A DNA stretch of 49,568 bases from Bacteroidota bacterium (GTDB lineage Bacteria > Bacteroidota > Bacteroidia > AKYH767-A > 2013-40CM-41-45): contig JANLRG010000361.1 in NCBI GenBank assembly GCA_031361545.1, positions 1 to 49,568 on the forward strand, read 5' to 3'. Position numbers and translations under genes: made by a program. Every line of letters starts with the position of its first letter. The first letter of the stretch is position 1. The notes below the pieces were generated by a model. It was given only the letters and a program-made list of their open reading frames with translations. It had not been told where the DNA came from and made no database searches. Below are positions 31,353 to 41,534 of the stretch, piece by piece.

Positions 31353-33899
31353 TTATTTTTTTGTTATAATGAGTTTCTGATTCGCAATACATTCACCATT
31401 CACCATTAGCTTACAAATATAAGTTCCTGCTGAAAAATTTTGACCAATTATGTTTTGATGAATGCCATTTGTTTTTATTCTGTACACTTCTTCGCCAAGT
31501 AAATTATTTATCGATAGTATTGGACAAAGTTGAGCTGTTTCTTCTGAAATAGAAATTGTAAAATCAATAGAAGTGGGATTAGGATATAATTCTAGTTTTA
31601 CTTTTCCGCCATTATTAAAATCTGTAATTTCATTGACAAGCATATTCCCAACCTTCATTCCATTTCCAAAACTTGTTACCCACACTTCGGATTGATTATA
31701 CGGATTAAAAAAAACTCGTTCAGGTTGACGAAATGGATAAGTTGTAACTAATGCCCATGTCGGTGTCAATGAATTCATCGTTGATGAAAACCACAAGCCT
31801 TGAGTTTCTGTAGTTAGAAATGCTTGATTATTATTTAACGGATTAAAAGAAATTGACGTCACTCTGTCAAATTGCGCTCCTGTTAATTTTACCCAACTCA
31901 AACCACGATTTGTTGTTTTATATAATCCACCCAGACCATTCGCAGCGCCGCCCCAACCACTAAATACACAAGCATACCATGTGTTTTGAGAAACATCTGA
32001 AGGATCAATTACTAAATCCTTTGTCCAATATTTCAACCCGTTATCACTCACATCACTCCAACTATTCAACAATGGGTCATAAACAAAAACACCTGAACTA
32101 GATGTAAATCCCAATGAACTCCTTCGTCCTGAAAACGTACAAACTACTTTGCCATCGTTGAGAATGTTTATCGATGCAGGATGCCCTTCAGTTCGTGGAG
32201 GATTCGGCAATTTTGTCCAAGTTGAACTCGACAAATTATTTAAGTCATTCGTTTTATAAATTCCTCCGAGTTGCGAGCCTTGTGTTCCGCCGTAATGAAT
32301 GACAGAAGCATACATTGTGTTTTGATTGCTCGGATCAATCGCAAGCCAAAAAACTGGATGACCAAAAGTATGAAGTGGTGCCCACGTTAATCCGCTATCA
32401 TTACTAAAAACAATTTTACCATTCCCATCTCCTGCATCCAATTGTGAATCTGCTAAACGCGTACTTTGATACATGTCGTGAATGTTCGAACAAGCTCCAA
32501 AAAGTTTTCCTGAAATAGATTTTTCTATTCTGTATAAGGAGTTTGTAGAAAACCCTGTGTATTGAAATCCCCAACTATTTCCACCATTGATACTTCTAAT
32601 TCCACCAATGTCACTATAACATCCCATCATTTTATTTGCATCTGCCCATGCTACTTGCCAGCAAGTTGTATTTTCTAGTCCAATGCTTCGATAAGATAAA
32701 TGTTGCGGGGTAGTTGAACCTGCCGCATGATCGTCTGAACTATTAATATAAGCTTGTCGCCAATTGTTGCCGCCATCGTCACTCGCTTGGATGTTACTGT
32801 AATTCCCAAATAAAACTTTATTAGAATTATTAGGTGCTACTGATATTCCAAAACAAGTCTCACTCCAACTCCAATTTTTATCGCCGCCTGCTCCTTCCCA
32901 ACCTGTGATGATGTTCTGATTATTTGTAGTATTAAATCTCTTAGACCAAACATCGCCACCAGTCGAAGATTTTAATACTAATGGTGCTCCAAGATTATTA
33001 TCATGTCCACCTAAATAAATAGTTGAAATATCATAGGAAGACATAGCAGCATACATTACAAAATCTGAACTAAAATTAATTCCGAATGACCGAGGAAGCC
33101 ATGTTGAATCGATGTCATTCATGATGTAAACTCCTTTTGCGAAATTTGAATAATTCCATGGCATAACACCGTTGTACACGTCTGCACTACTCGCAGTGAT
33201 ACAAACAAATCGTTGATGTGTTCCATTGTATGCTGCAGCAAATGACCAAATGATTTCGCCAGCAGTAATGCCAGTGGTATTCATCATTGAAAAGGAAATT
33301 CCACCGTCTGAAGAATGTAAGATTCCTTCATTAGTCGCAATGTAAATATGAAGGCCCTCCCAATAAACACCACTCACAATAATTCCTGCTCCCATGTTAG
33401 CTGCATGCTTAACCAAATTAAAGGTAGATCCGTAATCAACGGAAAATAAAATATCACCATAAGCACCTGCTATCACCTGCGATGGATTATTATAATTTGT
33501 TTTTACATTATAAACATTTCCATACGTTCCAATATTGTATCCTGCCATTGGAGTCCAATTTATACCACCATCATTGGTGACAACAGGAAAAATATTATTG
33601 CCGTCGTTAAATGATGTGTAAGCAACATTTGGAAAAGAAGTAAACTCATACGTTGAAGTATTGGCCGTTTGTAATTTCTGAAAATCTATCTGTGAATAAC
33701 TTAAACCAAAATTAGTTGAGTGAAACATTTCACTCATATCGCAGCTGACATAGAATTCACTTTCGTCCGCTGGGTTAATACTTGGAAAAAATAAAGCCCC
33801 ACCTCCGCCAATTCCTCTAGGTAAAAATGTTGTTGGTTGAGAAAATAAATTTTGACAAGAGAATAAAATGAAAATTATAATAAAGAGTTTTAGTTTCAT
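31353..33899 (-). CDS. Secreted BNR/Asp-box beta-propeller protein (GH74/VPS10-like) with T9SS CTD
   Basis: Signal peptide; repeated S.DGG..W boxes; GIGGGG N-terminus; LYPNPT...GTYICKL..KLII. Confidence 0.75.
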   Translation of the reverse strand: MKLKLFIIIFILFSCQNLFSQPTTFLPRGIGGGGALFFPSINPADESEFYVSCDMSEMFHSTNFGLSYSQIDFQKLQTANTSTYEFTSFPNVAYTSFNDGNNIFPVVTNDGGINWTPMAGYNIGTYGNVYNVKTNYNNPSQVIAGAYGDILFSVDYGSTFNLVKHAANMGAGIIVSGVYWEGLHIYIATNEGILHSSDGGISFSMMNTTGITAGEIIWSFAAAYNGTHQRFVCITASSADVYNGVMPWNYSNFAKGVYIMNDIDSTWLPRSFGINFSSDFVMYAAMSSYDISTIYLGGHDNNLGAPLVLKSSTGGDVWSKRFNTTNNQNIITGWEGAGGDKNWSWSETCFGISVAPNNSNKVLFGNYSNIQASDDGGNNWRQAYINSSDDHAAGSTTPQHLSYRSIGLENTTCWQVAWADANKMMGCYSDIGGIRSINGGNSWGFQYTGFSTNSLYRIEKSISGKLFGACSNIHDMYQSTRLADSQLDAGDGNGKIVFSNDSGLTWAPLHTFGHPVFWLAIDPSNQNTMYASVIHYGGTQGSQLGGIYKTNDLNNLSSSTWTKLPNPPRTEGHPASINILNDGKVVCTFSGRRSSLGFTSSSGVFVYDPLLNSWSDVSDNGLKYWTKDLVIDPSDVSQNTWYACVFSGWGGAANGLGGLYKTTNRGLSWVKLTGAQFDRVTSISFNPLNNNQAFLTTETQGLWFSSTMNSLTPTWALVTTYPFRQPERVFFNPYNQSEVWVTSFGNGMKVGNMLVNEITDFNNGGKVKLELYPNPTSIDFTISISEETAQLCPILSINNLLGEEVYRIKTNGIHQNIIGQNFSAGTYICKLMVNGECIANQKLIITKK

Positions 33900-33953
33900 G
33901 TTAACGAATTTTTAGAAATAATTATAAATCTTTCTTCTTAAAATATTGTGTCT

Positions 33954-34427
33954 CTAACTTACCTTTCTGTACTTGGTTCGAATGTAATCTAAAAAATCAG
34001 GCTCTTGCCCTTGCTGACGAATGATTGTTTGAATTTGCGCACGATGATGGATGGAATGATAATTTAACTGAAGAGCAATGTCTTTTGGAGCTGCTGCCCA
34101 TACTCCGCCATCAAAACCAATAAAAGTTGTCTCTTCAGAAATTTCTTCTTCGGTTGATGCGTCTAAATAATTTAGCCAAGGTCCTAAACTTTTATTCCAT
34201 TCACTCTCGAGCTCATCAAATAAATAAATGGGTTCCCACCAACTCATTTCTTGAGAGTTTTCATCCTTATTGATTCTTGCCATCCATTTACTCTGGCAAT
34301 TAATCAAGTGACTAAATAATCTTATACTTGCTTTTTGATCTGGCAATTCCTTTATTTTTTCAATGAGTCGCTTATTAACTGCATCATTAAATTTAAAAGT
34401 GTCAATCAAGTGGTGTCGAAGCTCCAT
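33954..34427 (-). CDS. DinB-family protein
   Basis: LFSHLIN.Q..W..RI, HSIHHRAQI. Confidence 0.85.
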   Translation of the reverse strand: MELRHHLIDTFKFNDAVNKRLIEKIKELPDQKASIRLFSHLINCQSKWMARINKDENSQEMSWWEPIYLFDELESEWNKSLGPWLNYLDASTEEEISEETTFIGFDGGVWAAAPKDIALQLNYHSIHHRAQIQTIIRQQGQEPDFLDYIRTKYRKVS

Positions 34428-34760
34428 GTTTTGTTCTTCTTTTTAAAAAATAAAATTAAATCAACAGATGATGTTCAAGCGCTATTCAAGAAGAATCATA
34501 AAATTAGAAAAATAATTAGAGGTAGCACATGAAATTTGTTTTCTTTCCAGAACTACTTTTTCATCATGTATCCCATTTTTACACTTGAGTATACTTTGTT
34601 TAATTGAAATGAGGCCTTCATTATTTAATAAAAAATCCTAAAATATTATAACTGCTTATTAAGAGAAGACTTTTTTAAAAAATTGGTTTAATACTGAACT
34701 CTATTTCCTACTATATTCTCTTAAAGATTATCTTTGACGGATTAAAATCCATTACCGATA

Positions 34761-35498
34761 ATGACTCGACTAAATAAATACATCAGTGAAACAGGAATTT
34801 GCTCTCGTCGGGAAGCGGATCGACTGATAGAGCAAGGTCGTGTTACTATAAATGGATTAAAAGCAGAATTGGGAACCAAAGTTGGGCCCGAAGACGATGT
34901 GCGAGTGAATGGTAAATCATTAAAAGCAAAAAGTGAATTCGTTTACATTGCCTTCAACAAACCCAGAGGAATCACCTGTACCACGGATCCGAAAAAAACA
35001 GATAACATTATCGACTATATTAAATTCCCTCAAAGAATTTTTCCTATTGGTCGATTAGATAAACCATCGGAAGGACTTATTTTTTTGACGAATGATGGCG
35101 ATATTGTCAATAAAATTTTAAGAGCTGGTAATAATCACGAAAAAGAATATGTAGTAACTGTTGACAAAACTATATCATCAACATTTATTTCTGACATGAG
35201 TAATGGTGTTCACATTTTAGATACAGTCACCAAAAAGTGTGTCGTTAAAAAAGAAGGCCCGAATCAATTTCGAATCGTTCTCACCCAAGGATTGAATAGA
35301 CAGATCAGACGAATGTGTGAGGAACTTGGCTATCAAGTTGAGCGATTGAAAAGGATAAGAATTATGAATGTAACACTTGATGGAATTCCTGTTGGCGAAT
35401 GGCGATATTTATCTAACGATGAGTTATCGATTATAAATAAAGCTGTTGCTTCTTCAAGCAAAACGGAAGAAGCTTCTATAATTGACGATGAAGAATGA
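34761..35498 (+). CDS. rluF: 23S rRNA pseudouridine(2604) synthase
   Basis: S4 domain [53 protein letters not shown]; TATCTTTG box at 34729-34736. Confidence 0.9.
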   Translation: MTRLNKYISETGICSRREADRLIEQGRVTINGLKAELGTKVGPEDDVRVNGKSLKAKSEFVYIAFNKPRGITCTTDPKKTDNIIDYIKFPQRIFPIGRLDKPSEGLIFLTNDGDIVNKILRAGNNHEKEYVVTVDKTISSTFISDMSNGVHILDTVTKKCVVKKEGPNQFRIVLTQGLNRQIRRMCEELGYQVERLKRIRIMNVTLDGIPVGEWRYLSNDELSIINKAVASSSKTEEASIIDDEE

Positions 35499-35682
35499 GC
35501 ATTATTGATTAAAGAAATTTATCAGGGTGAAAGTCTTTTTCCAACTTTAAATGTTGACGGTGATTGGATGGTTGTGAAAAATTGTCGGTTAACAAATCTT
35601 ACTCCTAATCTTGCTTTTGATGTCAACCAATCTTTCCAAAAACTGAAGCAATTGTCTAAGAGATATTTTGTAAATATAATAA

Positions 35683-36981
35683 CTAGTGAGTTACAATTAA
35701 TTTTTCTGCTCGCAAATCAATTCTTAAAATATACAAGCCGTTTTGTATTTCTGAAATTTCAACGTCTTGTTCTTCCTCGCAACTTTTCCAACTCTTAATT
35801 TTATTGCCAAGCATATCTATTATTTCATAGGTGATTGCCAATTTTTTAATATTTTTATTTAGAATGTGAAGCCAGTCGGAAGTCGGATTAGAGAAAATAA
35901 AATTTGATTGAGCCGTTTCATTTTCTTCTATCGATGTTGTTGAACAAAACACATCGTTGAGTTTTTGCCAAATGGAATCATTAAAATTCGTTGGCGCTTC
36001 ACCTCCTCCAGGTGAATCTCCCATTCTAATCCAAACTAAATTTTGCGAGGGAACAACGTTGATAACTTGTCCGTTTTTTCCTAATGCTGCATACATATCT
36101 GTTGGCGCATTTGGACTTAATGGTCCAGGAAAAACAAATTGTAACCCAGGCAACATAAACGAAGCCTGTCCATTCAACCACCACAAATATCCATAAGATT
36201 GATTCAGTTGTTGTGATGGTCTTATCATCGAATTAAAATACGACGTGTCAGTCATGATTTGTGTGCCAGCCCAATTTCCTTGGTTCAACATCAACAAACC
36301 AAAACGAGCCATGCTTCTCGCTTTGCTAAAAAAAACATTGTTATAACCAGACTGATAAAAATTTCCTGTCATCCCGGTAATTGATTTTATTTTCGTTTGC
36401 AAATAGGAGTTGAGCGTAACTCCAGTCGCATTTTGTATAACTCCATCTAATAAAGTATAAGGAGCAGTATGATATGCCCAGCGCGTTCCAGCGTCTGCCA
36501 AATACCTCAGACAAGTGTCATCTGTGCAGTAAGCATCATATCCATCATCCAACCCACTGGTCATTGTCAACTGATTTAAAATTTTAATCTGGCCTTCTTT
36601 TATTGACGGACAAATTGTCCAACCACTACCAAGATATTTTGAAGTAGAGTCTGATAAATTTAATAAACCTTCTTGCTTTGCAATTCCAACTACAAATGAG
36701 GTGAGCGATTTCCCTGCTGATGCCCAATACCACAAACTATCTTGAGTAAATGTTCCATAATAATGTTCAATTACAATTTTTCCGTCTTTCAACAAAATAA
36801 ATGCTTTAGTATTCTTATTTCCCAAATAATCCACCAATGAATCTATTTTATCCTGACACCAGCCTAAAGAATTGGGCCCAATTGTATCCCACGTTGACCC
36901 AATAACTGGAGGAAAATATAATTGAGCGCTGACATGTGCATTAGAAATAAATAAAAATAAAAGGATCAGGATCTTTTTCAT
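35683..36981 (-). CDS. Secreted serine hydrolase (beta-lactamase class C-like) with T9SS CTD
   Basis: Signal peptide from MKKILIL (36981; TTG 37017 is an alternative); WASAGKS (SxxK), LTMTSGL, YGYLWWLN, ALGKNGQ; NPTSD...GLYILRI. Confidence 0.85.
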   Translation of the reverse strand: MKKILILLFLFISNAHVSAQLYFPPVIGSTWDTIGPNSLGWCQDKIDSLVDYLGNKNTKAFILLKDGKIVIEHYYGTFTQDSLWYWASAGKSLTSFVVGIAKQEGLLNLSDSTSKYLGSGWTICPSIKEGQIKILNQLTMTSGLDDGYDAYCTDDTCLRYLADAGTRWAYHTAPYTLLDGVIQNATGVTLNSYLQTKIKSITGMTGNFYQSGYNNVFFSKARSMARFGLLMLNQGNWAGTQIMTDTSYFNSMIRPSQQLNQSYGYLWWLNGQASFMLPGLQFVFPGPLSPNAPTDMYAALGKNGQVINVVPSQNLVWIRMGDSPGGGEAPTNFNDSIWQKLNDVFCSTTSIEENETAQSNFIFSNPTSDWLHILNKNIKKLAITYEIIDMLGNKIKSWKSCEEEQDVEISEIQNGLYILRIDLRAEKLIVTH

Positions 36982-37139
36982 GGCTCTTAGGACTATTTTC
37001 TCGTTCAAAAGTTTCAATGTTCAGCAAATATATTTATAAAGTTGAATTGTTGATTATCCTGTGTAAAACCACTAGTGGCGCCCCTTTTGAACCAGACTAA
37101 AAAATGAATACCTTGTTCTCTCACTCTCGCTACATTCAC

Positions 37140-39350
37140 ATGAAATCAAAACTAGTCCTCCTTTTTATTTTGTGCTCTATTCAAATTTTTGCTCAAACAA
37201 ATTTTGTCAAAATTTTTTCTGATGCGAGTACGAATGATTCAATCAGTGGCGTACATCTTGTTCAAACTTTCGACAATAACTATTCTTTCCTCTGTAAAAA
37301 TTCCCCTCACAATGTTGTGATCAGAATCAACAATGATGGAACCGAATTTCGCCGTTTTGAATTTGGTAATTATGGAGCGCTTAGTCCTGTTTGTATTGCA
37401 GCTAATTCTCAACTTGAAAATTATATAATTGGTAATGATGGATTAAGTAATACCGCTTATTTATTGCGAACAGATTCCAATGGTGTTGTCAGTTATTTCC
37501 TCACCAATCTATATGGAGCTGTTGGTGATTCTAGAGGACTCGCCGTTTATATTACTCCTGACGATTTTTTTGCCTATCAACTTTGGGAAGATGATGAGAT
37601 GTGTAGCAACCCAACTTTAATCGTAAAAGTTGACAATTCTAATTTTCCAATTTGGCAAGGCACAATCTCTTTTGACGTTTGGAACTATAGTAAGGAAGCA
37701 ATTCGATTTACAAATGGAAATGAATACTATTCTGTATCTCCTGTCTATGTTAATTGTTATGACACCAACGCATATTCGGCTTCTGACTTTAATCAAAATC
37801 AAAGTTCATTCAATCAGCCTATCCAAAGATATTTAGATTTATATACTAACATTGATACAATTAATGGAAATGGTTTTATTCTTTCAAACAATTTAATTTT
37901 TTCTAGAACAGATTTAGTGGGAAATATTTTATGGACAAAACCAATTCCATTTACCTCTGACATTATCTCATTAAAAGTAACGGCCGATAGCTCAATATTA
38001 ATAGCTGGAAATACAAATGTAAATGGTTTTAAAAATCAGGTCGCCCTCTCTAAATTAAATTCTCAAGGAGGATTGCTTTGGACAAAATATTATGGAGAAA
38101 AAAATGATGAGTCCTTTTCAAATTTTTTTATTGCTAATGATGGAGGTTATACGTTAAGTGGAACAACGCATAGTTTTGGAAATAAAAAAGCTTTCATTCT
38201 TAAAACAGATACCAGCGGTTTTGTAGGAATTTCTTTTCCATTAATCTTTACGAATCAAAATCAAATTTGTCCAAATGATTCTGCTGTCATTACATTGGCT
38301 TCTGGCTATTCTTACTCGTGGAATACTGGTGATAGCACTCAAACAATTTCTACTTCTATTCCCGGAAATTATTTTGCTACTTTAACAGATTCATCTGGAA
38401 ATAGATTTTATTCCGATACAATTTCAATTTCACAATTTACAATTCAGCAAATTTCGTTGCCTCCTGATACAACTTTTTGTGGTCACGCTGCTCTCTCTTT
38501 AATTGCTCCAACTGGTTATCTTTCCTATTCGTGGAACAATGGTGCGCTCTCCAATATAAATCCAATAAGTTTCTCTGGAACATACAGTGTAGTTGCTGTC
38601 GATTCAAACTTTTGCCCAACTGTCGATTCTATCAATGTAATAATAGCAACACTCCCAACTTTTTCTCTTGGCGCCGATACTTCAATCTGTACAAACAATC
38701 TTGTACAATTATCTTCTCCTATGATAAATCAATGGACGTGGAACAATGGTTCTTCCGATTCTCTTTTGGCCGTGAATCAATCAGGACTATATTCAATTTC
38801 TTTTACAAATGGAATTTGTACTGAATCTGATTCTATCCAGCTTTCAATTTATCAACCTGCATTTGTAAATATTGTAGATGATACAACTCTGTGTACAATT
38901 AACTCAATCGTACTCGATGCAGGTAGCGGTTTCTCTTCTTACCAATGGCAAGATGGATCAACTTTGCAAACGTATTTAGCAGACACTCTTAATCCTTCTT
39001 CCGTTTATTATTCAGTATCTGTTGTCGATTCCAATGGTTGTAGTGCATCTGATGATGTAGTAATCGATTGGATTATCTGTAGTGAAATTAACGATCAAGT
39101 TTTATTCAATAAATTTATTCTTGTCCCAACATTAATTTCTGCTGGAGAAAGTGTAACAATTTTATCTTCGAAAACTAAATCATGTAATATTGAAATTGTC
39201 GATATTCTTGGAAAAATACAATTCACTCAAAGTATTGATGTTTTCCCTACTAATCTTACTCTTCCATTATTGAATCGTGGACTTTACCTTGTGCGCTTCT
39301 CAAATTCAAATAATGTAATTATTGAAGTGGAAAAATTAGTTATTCAATAG
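37140..39350 (+). CDS. Secreted protein with N-terminal beta-propeller-like region, Ig-like repeats and T9SS-like CTD
   Basis: Signal peptide from MKSKLV (37104 is an alternative); G..LWTK.YG repeats; DTT.C..YSWNTG/YQWQDG repeats; GLYLVRF..EKLVIQ. Confidence 0.75.
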   Translation: MKSKLVLLFILCSIQIFAQTNFVKIFSDASTNDSISGVHLVQTFDNNYSFLCKNSPHNVVIRINNDGTEFRRFEFGNYGALSPVCIAANSQLENYIIGNDGLSNTAYLLRTDSNGVVSYFLTNLYGAVGDSRGLAVYITPDDFFAYQLWEDDEMCSNPTLIVKVDNSNFPIWQGTISFDVWNYSKEAIRFTNGNEYYSVSPVYVNCYDTNAYSASDFNQNQSSFNQPIQRYLDLYTNIDTINGNGFILSNNLIFSRTDLVGNILWTKPIPFTSDIISLKVTADSSILIAGNTNVNGFKNQVALSKLNSQGGLLWTKYYGEKNDESFSNFFIANDGGYTLSGTTHSFGNKKAFILKTDTSGFVGISFPLIFTNQNQICPNDSAVITLASGYSYSWNTGDSTQTISTSIPGNYFATLTDSSGNRFYSDTISISQFTIQQISLPPDTTFCGHAALSLIAPTGYLSYSWNNGALSNINPISFSGTYSVVAVDSNFCPTVDSINVIIATLPTFSLGADTSICTNNLVQLSSPMINQWTWNNGSSDSLLAVNQSGLYSISFTNGICTESDSIQLSIYQPAFVNIVDDTTLCTINSIVLDAGSGFSSYQWQDGSTLQTYLADTLNPSSVYYSVSVVDSNGCSASDDVVIDWIICSEINDQVLFNKFILVPTLISAGESVTILSSKTKSCNIEIVDILGKIQFTQSIDVFPTNLTLPLLNRGLYLVRFSNSNNVIIEVEKLVIQ

Positions 39351-39460
39351 TTTTGTTTTGGGCTAGTGAATAGTAAATCCTGCTAACCCAGCCACTTTTA
39401 TAAAATCTTTCCTTTGCATTTCTTTTTTGAGTTAGTTATCCAAGATCTAAAGTTTTATGT

Positions 39461-39553
39461 AAAATAAAAAGGCAGGAAAGAAATGAAATCTCTCCTGCCA
39501 ATTCGTGTGGTGCTCTTAATAAATACTCAACTTTCCCTAATTGATTATTTAAT
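39461..39553 (-). ncRNA. Candidate ~90-nt small RNA
   Basis: Own consensus promoter (TTTG-N20-TATGTTTG) followed about 50 nt later by terminator ggcaggagagatttcatttctttcctgcc-tttttatttt; no ATG in between. Confidence 0.55.
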
Positions 39554-39557
39554 AGCC

Positions 39558-39589
39558 CAAACATACTCACAGGATTCATTTTTTTCAAA
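39558..39589 (-). promoter_or_regulatory. Complete Bacteroidota sigma70 promoter (-33 TTTG / -7 TATGTTTG)
   Basis: + strand caaacata 39558-39565 and caaa 39586-39589, 20-nt spacer. Confidence 0.65.
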
Positions 39590-39740
39590 AAGATATTTTA
39601 TAAAAACTTAAAATCGATTTTTATTTCCCAAAAACTTTTATTAAATGGGTGCATGGCTATTATTTTAAAGTGTTTTCTCTTTTTTATACCCCGAACTTAA
39701 GCTCATAACCATCTAGTTTGTTTTGATCATACAGATCTTA

Positions 39741-40367
39741 TTATTTCCTTTTTTTAAAACTACAAAAAACAAAATTTTGAATTGAATAAGATGGTGTTTC
39801 GTGATCAACTGTAATGCACTTTTCCTTTTCAAAATATATCTGAAAAATATCGGTCATCGCCTTTTCAGAGTATTGCTTTATTTCAATTCCGCTACACTTT
39901 TTTGGTCCTTGTTCCGAAAATGTTCCGATAACTAAAACTCCATTTTCACTCATCGAGTTTTGTGCCGTGTTAATGTAATTAATTATTTCATTTTCATCTG
40001 TCAAAAAATGAAAAGTTGCACGGTCATGCCATAAATCATATTTCTCTTCTGGCTTAAAAGAAGAAGCATCTGCCTCTATCCATTTAACCATTTTCGATTT
40101 TTCTCCCAATCGCTTCATTGATCTTTCAATCGCATTTTTTGAAATGTCGAGTACTGTGATATTAGTATATCCCAAATCTAACAAGTGATCGACCAACAAA
40201 CTGTCTCCTCCGCCTACATCTATCACTTTTGCAGTGCGTGGAATTTTAAATTCTTCAAAAAAATTTAATGACGTTTCTGGTGTTGGCTGATACCAACTCA
40301 CTTCTGTCAATTGCTTGGTCTTGTATATTTCTTCCCAGTGTTTTTTCCTCGCCGTATCTTCCATCAT
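39741..40367 (-). CDS. Class I SAM-dependent methyltransferase
   Basis: VSWYQ, IDVGGGDS.LVD, LDIS, DLWHDRATFHFL, GPKKCSG. Confidence 0.9.
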   Translation of the reverse strand: MMEDTARKKHWEEIYKTKQLTEVSWYQPTPETSLNFFEEFKIPRTAKVIDVGGGDSLLVDHLLDLGYTNITVLDISKNAIERSMKRLGEKSKMVKWIEADASSFKPEEKYDLWHDRATFHFLTDENEIINYINTAQNSMSENGVLVIGTFSEQGPKKCSGIEIKQYSEKAMTDIFQIYFEKEKCITVDHETPSYSIQNFVFCSFKKRK

Positions 40368-40422
40368 AAGTATTTTATTGAACTTTAATATTTGTTAGTC
40401 AGCAATTACTTATTTAAAAAAT

Positions 40423-40460
40423 TAAAAGAGATTCTTCTTACCTCTGTAGAATCTCTTTTA
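40423..40460 (-). terminator. Rho-independent terminator
   Basis: 13-bp stem taaaagagattct / agaatctctttta with a U-rich tail on the minus strand. Confidence 0.7.
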
Positions 40461-40470
40461 AGGTGGTCTT

Positions 40471-40887
40471 TTATTTTGTAAAAGTACCGTCTGATTTCAA
40501 GACGACTTCTTTTTTAATAACTCCTGTTTTTATATCTGCTTCATACAAGATTCCTTTTTTAAGTGATTCAATCTTGTCGCCACCAGTAATTTTACAACCC
40601 GGATATTTTTTCATAATTGCAGATGAAACTGACGCAGGTATTTCTGAAATTGGAATTTCTGTTTCTGTTTCCAGCCAAGAACCATCTAAAGAGAAGTTCG
40701 CAGAATTTTTTACAGTCTTTAATTTAAATTCCGCCTCCCATTCCAATGCATTTTCTTTTCCCCACTTCACTTGAGTAGCCGTTGGAAATTTCTGAGCAAA
40801 TGCTTTTGATACAGCCGCAGGTGGTGTCCCTCCTTTCATGGTCACTGCCATGAAAAGTATAGATATGATTAATATTGTTTTTTTCAT
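40471..40887 (-). CDS. Periplasmic PepSY-like (BLIP-like) protein
   Basis: Signal peptide; two P.AV..AF..K.P.A repeats, WEAEF, F..DG.WLETE. Confidence 0.8.
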   Translation of the reverse strand: MKKTILIISILFMAVTMKGGTPPAAVSKAFAQKFPTATQVKWGKENALEWEAEFKLKTVKNSANFSLDGSWLETETEIPISEIPASVSSAIMKKYPGCKITGGDKIESLKKGILYEADIKTGVIKKEVVLKSDGTFTK

Positions 40888-40940
40888 TGATGAGATTTTA
40901 ATCTGTTAGAATATTTTATTTTATAGTTTTTTTGAAAGTT

Positions 40941-41336
40941 CTAACACTTCATTGGTGGTTTGAAAACTTTTGTATTATAATCCGAGTAATAGATTGGTTC
41001 TTTTTTATTCTCAAAATTCCACTCTCCATTTTGCTCTAATGCAAAATCATGCCTTATAAAAATAATGAAATAGTTAATGGTTGAATTAGTATGCCTGACT
41101 GTCATTGGCAAATGAGGTTTTTGTTCGTCACCTTTTTCATGCTTATCAAACAAGCCATCTATGTTTATTAGATGGTCGGTGATAAAATCTATTGGCGACA
41201 TATCGGGGTCTACTGTAGTTTTACAATGCTGATACATTTGAGGAAGGTCAACAATAGTTGACAATTCCCCTTGTGGCAAAAACAAAATGCCAAGTCGATA
41301 ATAACTTAAAAGCAAAGAGGAGATGAGTGTTTTCAA
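40941..41336 (-). CDS. Hypothetical His/Asp-containing protein
   Basis: TTG start, hydrophobic N-terminus, LPQMYQHCK..DPDM..IDFITDH, C-terminal VFKPP. Confidence 0.6.
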   Translation of the reverse strand: MKTLISSLLLSYYRLGILFLPQGELSTIVDLPQMYQHCKTTVDPDMSPIDFITDHLINIDGLFDKHEKGDEQKPHLPMTVRHTNSTINYFIIFIRHDFALEQNGEWNFENKKEPIYYSDYNTKVFKPPMKC

Positions 41337-41534
41337 ATTGAATTTCCTTAAAGTAAAGGTACTGATTTAATTCACCACAATCGCAGCATTCATACTCTCT
41401 CTTTTCAATTTCCGGCCAGCATTAGTAAACTGAATTGTCTCTTAATAAAATTATTGCAAAATTTATTCTTCATTTACCAATTCGTAACATTGTATCAAAA
41501 ACAATTTTTATAACTTCATACTCTCAATTATATT

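Noticed and set aside
34428-34600. Hydrophobic codon run upstream of dinB as a gene relic
   Set aside because: Multiple stops; explainable by AT-rich composition.
35505-35798. 97-aa TTG ORF after rluF
   Set aside because: Overlaps the convergent hydrolase by 116 nt with no recognisable motif; cannot be supported, though a short relic is not excluded.
41337-41534. Fluoride riboswitch upstream of ClC
   Set aside because: No crcB-motif consensus is visible, and the protein lacks the CLC-F GNNLI/GREGT motifs.
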